DNA from: Crocosphaera sp.
GTDB taxonomy: Bacteria > Cyanobacteriota > Cyanobacteriia > Cyanobacteriales > Microcystaceae
Direction: 5' to 3'
Length of the DNA stretch: 27,617 nucleotides
NCBI GenBank assembly: GCA_051439625.1
Contig: JBFRWO010000181.1
Coordinates: 1-27,617, forward strand
A model generated the notes under the pieces. It ran no database searches. It saw only the letters and a program-made list of their open reading frames with translations, and was not told where the DNA came from. Of the stretch, positions 25,975-27,617 are shown one piece after another (within the stretch, counting starts at the first letter, position 1; every line of letters starts with the position of its first letter). The translations under genes were made by a program, and so were the position numbers.

Positions 25975-26046
25975 TTAACAATTAACAATTAACAATTGTA
26001 ACAATTAACAGTTAACAATTGATTAATTCAAGGTTTAAAACCTTTT
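25975..26046 (-). repeat. Heptamer tandem array (TAACAAT/AATTAAC)n fused to the conserved motif TTAACAATTGATTAATTCAAGGTTT. Related copies at 16321-16366 and 11376-11419.
   Basis: Seen directly. The 25-bp core is identical at 26015-26039 and 16336-16360. In all three loci the array abuts or precedes the start codon of a minus-strand gene (PGM-like paralog 2, cphA, DUF1818). Confidence 0.7.
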
Positions 26047-26077
26047 CTATCTTGGATTGTACATTGTTTAAGTCTAG

Positions 26078-26899
26078 TTAGTCTCTCCCTCTTAAAATCG
26101 AGCCGTTGTTATAAGAACGGGGGGTTAATTTACTGGGTTTTTCTTTTTCTATTTCTATTATTTTTCGTTCTAATTGATCAACTTCTCTTTGTAATTGATT
26201 GATACGGTTTTGTAATGTGGATATGGTTCTTTGATTACGTTGATCGCTGTGTCTTTGTAAGGCCATCATTTGCGATCTTAAGGCTTGTTGTTGCCGTTGT
26301 AAGGTATCAAATTCTTGGCTAAAACTTTCTTCTAGTAGTTCTATTTCTGAGGGCTGCTGCCACCATGAGGGTAGAGCATCTCCTAATAAGAAAACCCCTC
26401 CTATGCCGACACATATTCCCCCCAAACCGACTCCAAGAGCGGTAAATATACGGGTACGCCATTTTATGGTCTGGGAGAGTTTAGCCAGCAAATTCAGGGC
26501 TTCTTGGCAATCGGGTTTAATGACTAAACACTGCCGAATTCTCAAGCGGATATTTACTTCATCGTCTTTGCGATGATGTACCTCCCATCTTCCCATGTGT
26601 GCTGAGGCTAAACTAACTAACATATCTAAGTTAGAGGGGTTAAAAGCCACTGCTTCTTGTAATTCAGCGATCGCATCATTCCAATGTTTTAAGCGCATAT
26701 AACCCTGGGCGCGAACATAGTGATCGTGGGATTGTTTTTGTGCTGCTTGTATTTCTTCTGGTTCAATCCCCAACTCAGCAGCAATATTTTCTAGTTCTTC
26801 GGTTGTTGGAATTCGTTGACTGGATTGACTCCATTCTGTCACCCGTTGAATATAGTTATTGATGACATTATTGGAGACACTGGTGGTCATTTCTGTCAT
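26078..26899 (-). CDS. Hypothetical membrane protein: N-terminal TPR-like helical region, one Gly-rich TM helix, C-terminal Q/R-rich coiled coil
   Basis: 273 aa. TM segment IFTALGVGLGGICVGIGGVFLLG. Coiled-coil tail (QRQQQALRSQMMALQ...QLQREVDQLERKIIEIEKE). Confidence 0.55.
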   Translation of the reverse strand: MTEMTTSVSNNVINNYIQRVTEWSQSSQRIPTTEELENIAAELGIEPEEIQAAQKQSHDHYVRAQGYMRLKHWNDAIAELQEAVAFNPSNLDMLVSLASAHMGRWEVHHRKDDEVNIRLRIRQCLVIKPDCQEALNLLAKLSQTIKWRTRIFTALGVGLGGICVGIGGVFLLGDALPSWWQQPSEIELLEESFSQEFDTLQRQQQALRSQMMALQRHSDQRNQRTISTLQNRINQLQREVDQLERKIIEIEKEKPSKLTPRSYNNGSILRGRD

Positions 26900-26980
26900 T
26901 TTTCCCCATCCCTTTGCTATTTTTTACTGTTTTTATCTATTAGACAAAAAGAGGCTGATAATTGATTACGATTGTAACAA

Positions 26981-27442
26981 TTATTCTTGAGCCATGGTGC
27001 GGATGATGTCTCCTTGAGTCAAAATGCCAATTACTTTGGTATTATTTTCATCTATGACGGGTAAACGGCGAATTTTCTTTTCGTGCATAATATGTGCCGC
27101 TTCTTTTAGAGATTGTTCCCCTTTGATGCTAATAGGTTTATCGCTCATCACTTCCCCTACAGTTTGCCCTAAGGCTTTATGAATTTCTTTCTCATAACGA
27201 GCAGGATTTTGCAGATAAATGACGCTATCTAGAATCATGATATAGGGGGGCGGTTCCACACCTGTTTCTTGCCACATTAAATCGGTTTCGGAAATTACTC
27301 CTAAGAGTTTGCCATTTTCATCGACAACCGGTAAACCACTAATTCTTTTTTCTGCTATGGTCTTTACTGCTTCTGATAAAGGGGTTTGTGGAGTAACGGT
27401 GATGGGGTTTTGGGTCATTACTTGGGCAACCGTTTTAGCCAT
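26981..27442 (-). CDS. CBS domain pair protein
   Basis: 153 aa with two CBS repeats (VAQVMTQNPITV...GLPVVDENGKLLGVISETDL and VGEVMSDKPISI...RLPVIDENNTKVIGILTQGDIIR). Confidence 0.85.
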   Translation of the reverse strand: MAKTVAQVMTQNPITVTPQTPLSEAVKTIAEKRISGLPVVDENGKLLGVISETDLMWQETGVEPPPYIMILDSVIYLQNPARYEKEIHKALGQTVGEVMSDKPISIKGEQSLKEAAHIMHEKKIRRLPVIDENNTKVIGILTQGDIIRTMAQE

Positions 27443-27505
27443 GTTTCACCTGGATAACTGTTGGATTACTTATTTATTCTTATTTTAAGCCAAAAAGAAC
27501 GTCTT

Positions 27506-27617
27506 TTAATTTTTAAGCAATCTTTCCACTGCTTCTTTATTAGGTTGTGCTGCGATCGCACCTGGTTTTGTGGTGGTTAATGCTCCGACGGCGTTACTAT
27601 AAATTATTGCTTGTTTG
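27506..27617 (-). CDS. PfkB-family carbohydrate kinase, C-terminal 36 codons only (partial; runs off the window edge)
   Basis: The reverse-complement frame gives KQAIIYSNAVGALTTTKPGAIAAQPNKEAVERLLKN*. The AVGALTTTKPGA block is the typical PfkB C-terminal motif. Confidence 0.5.
   Translation of the reverse strand, partial: KQAIIYSNAVGALTTTKPGAIAAQPNKEAVERLLKN

Noticed and set aside
25975-26046. Heptamer arrays and other short repeats as a CRISPR array
   Set aside because: Repeat units are 7-9 bp, directly tandem without unique spacers of 30-40 bp. There are no cas genes in the window.

Overview
This window reads as a cyanobacterial chromosomal segment. The HIP1 octamer GCGATCGC recurs about 20 times in the 27.6 kb, and the AT-rich base composition and gene content agree with that.

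Core genes I can support directly from the translations: argH; the secE-nusG-rplK-rplA-rplJ-rplL cluster on the minus strand, preceded by a tRNA-Pro(GGG); rpoZ; the cyanophycin operon cphB-cphA; trmD; an NfeD-like/flotillin (SPFH) pair; acylphosphatase; a cNMP-binding protein; two tandem histidine-phosphatase (PGM-like) paralogs; a CBS-pair protein; and a partial PfkB kinase at the right edge.

Two stretches look accessory.

(a) 3.7-6.9 kb: a RES-toxin/DUF2384-antitoxin module whose toxin frame carries an in-frame TAG at codon 4. It is transcribed divergently from an HTH-NB-ARC (STAND NTPase) gene that carries an in-frame TAA and a truncated TPR tail. A hairpin terminator and a 17-bp-inverted-repeat-flanked MITE-like element follow.

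(b) 12.3-13.9 kb: an AT-rich roughly 0.95 kb insertion encoding a hydrophobic protein, flanked by the intact 3' end of cphA and a diverged (about 85% identical) duplicate of that same 3' end.

Smaller observations: a recurring promoter-proximal motif with heptamer tandem repeats upstream of three unrelated minus-strand genes, a 17-bp direct repeat bracketing the nfeD-flotillin pair, and several short tandem repeats.

I found no CRISPR array and no transposase. All coordinates and identities come from reading the sequence and the supplied ORF track without tools. Percent identities and GC values are by-eye estimates.
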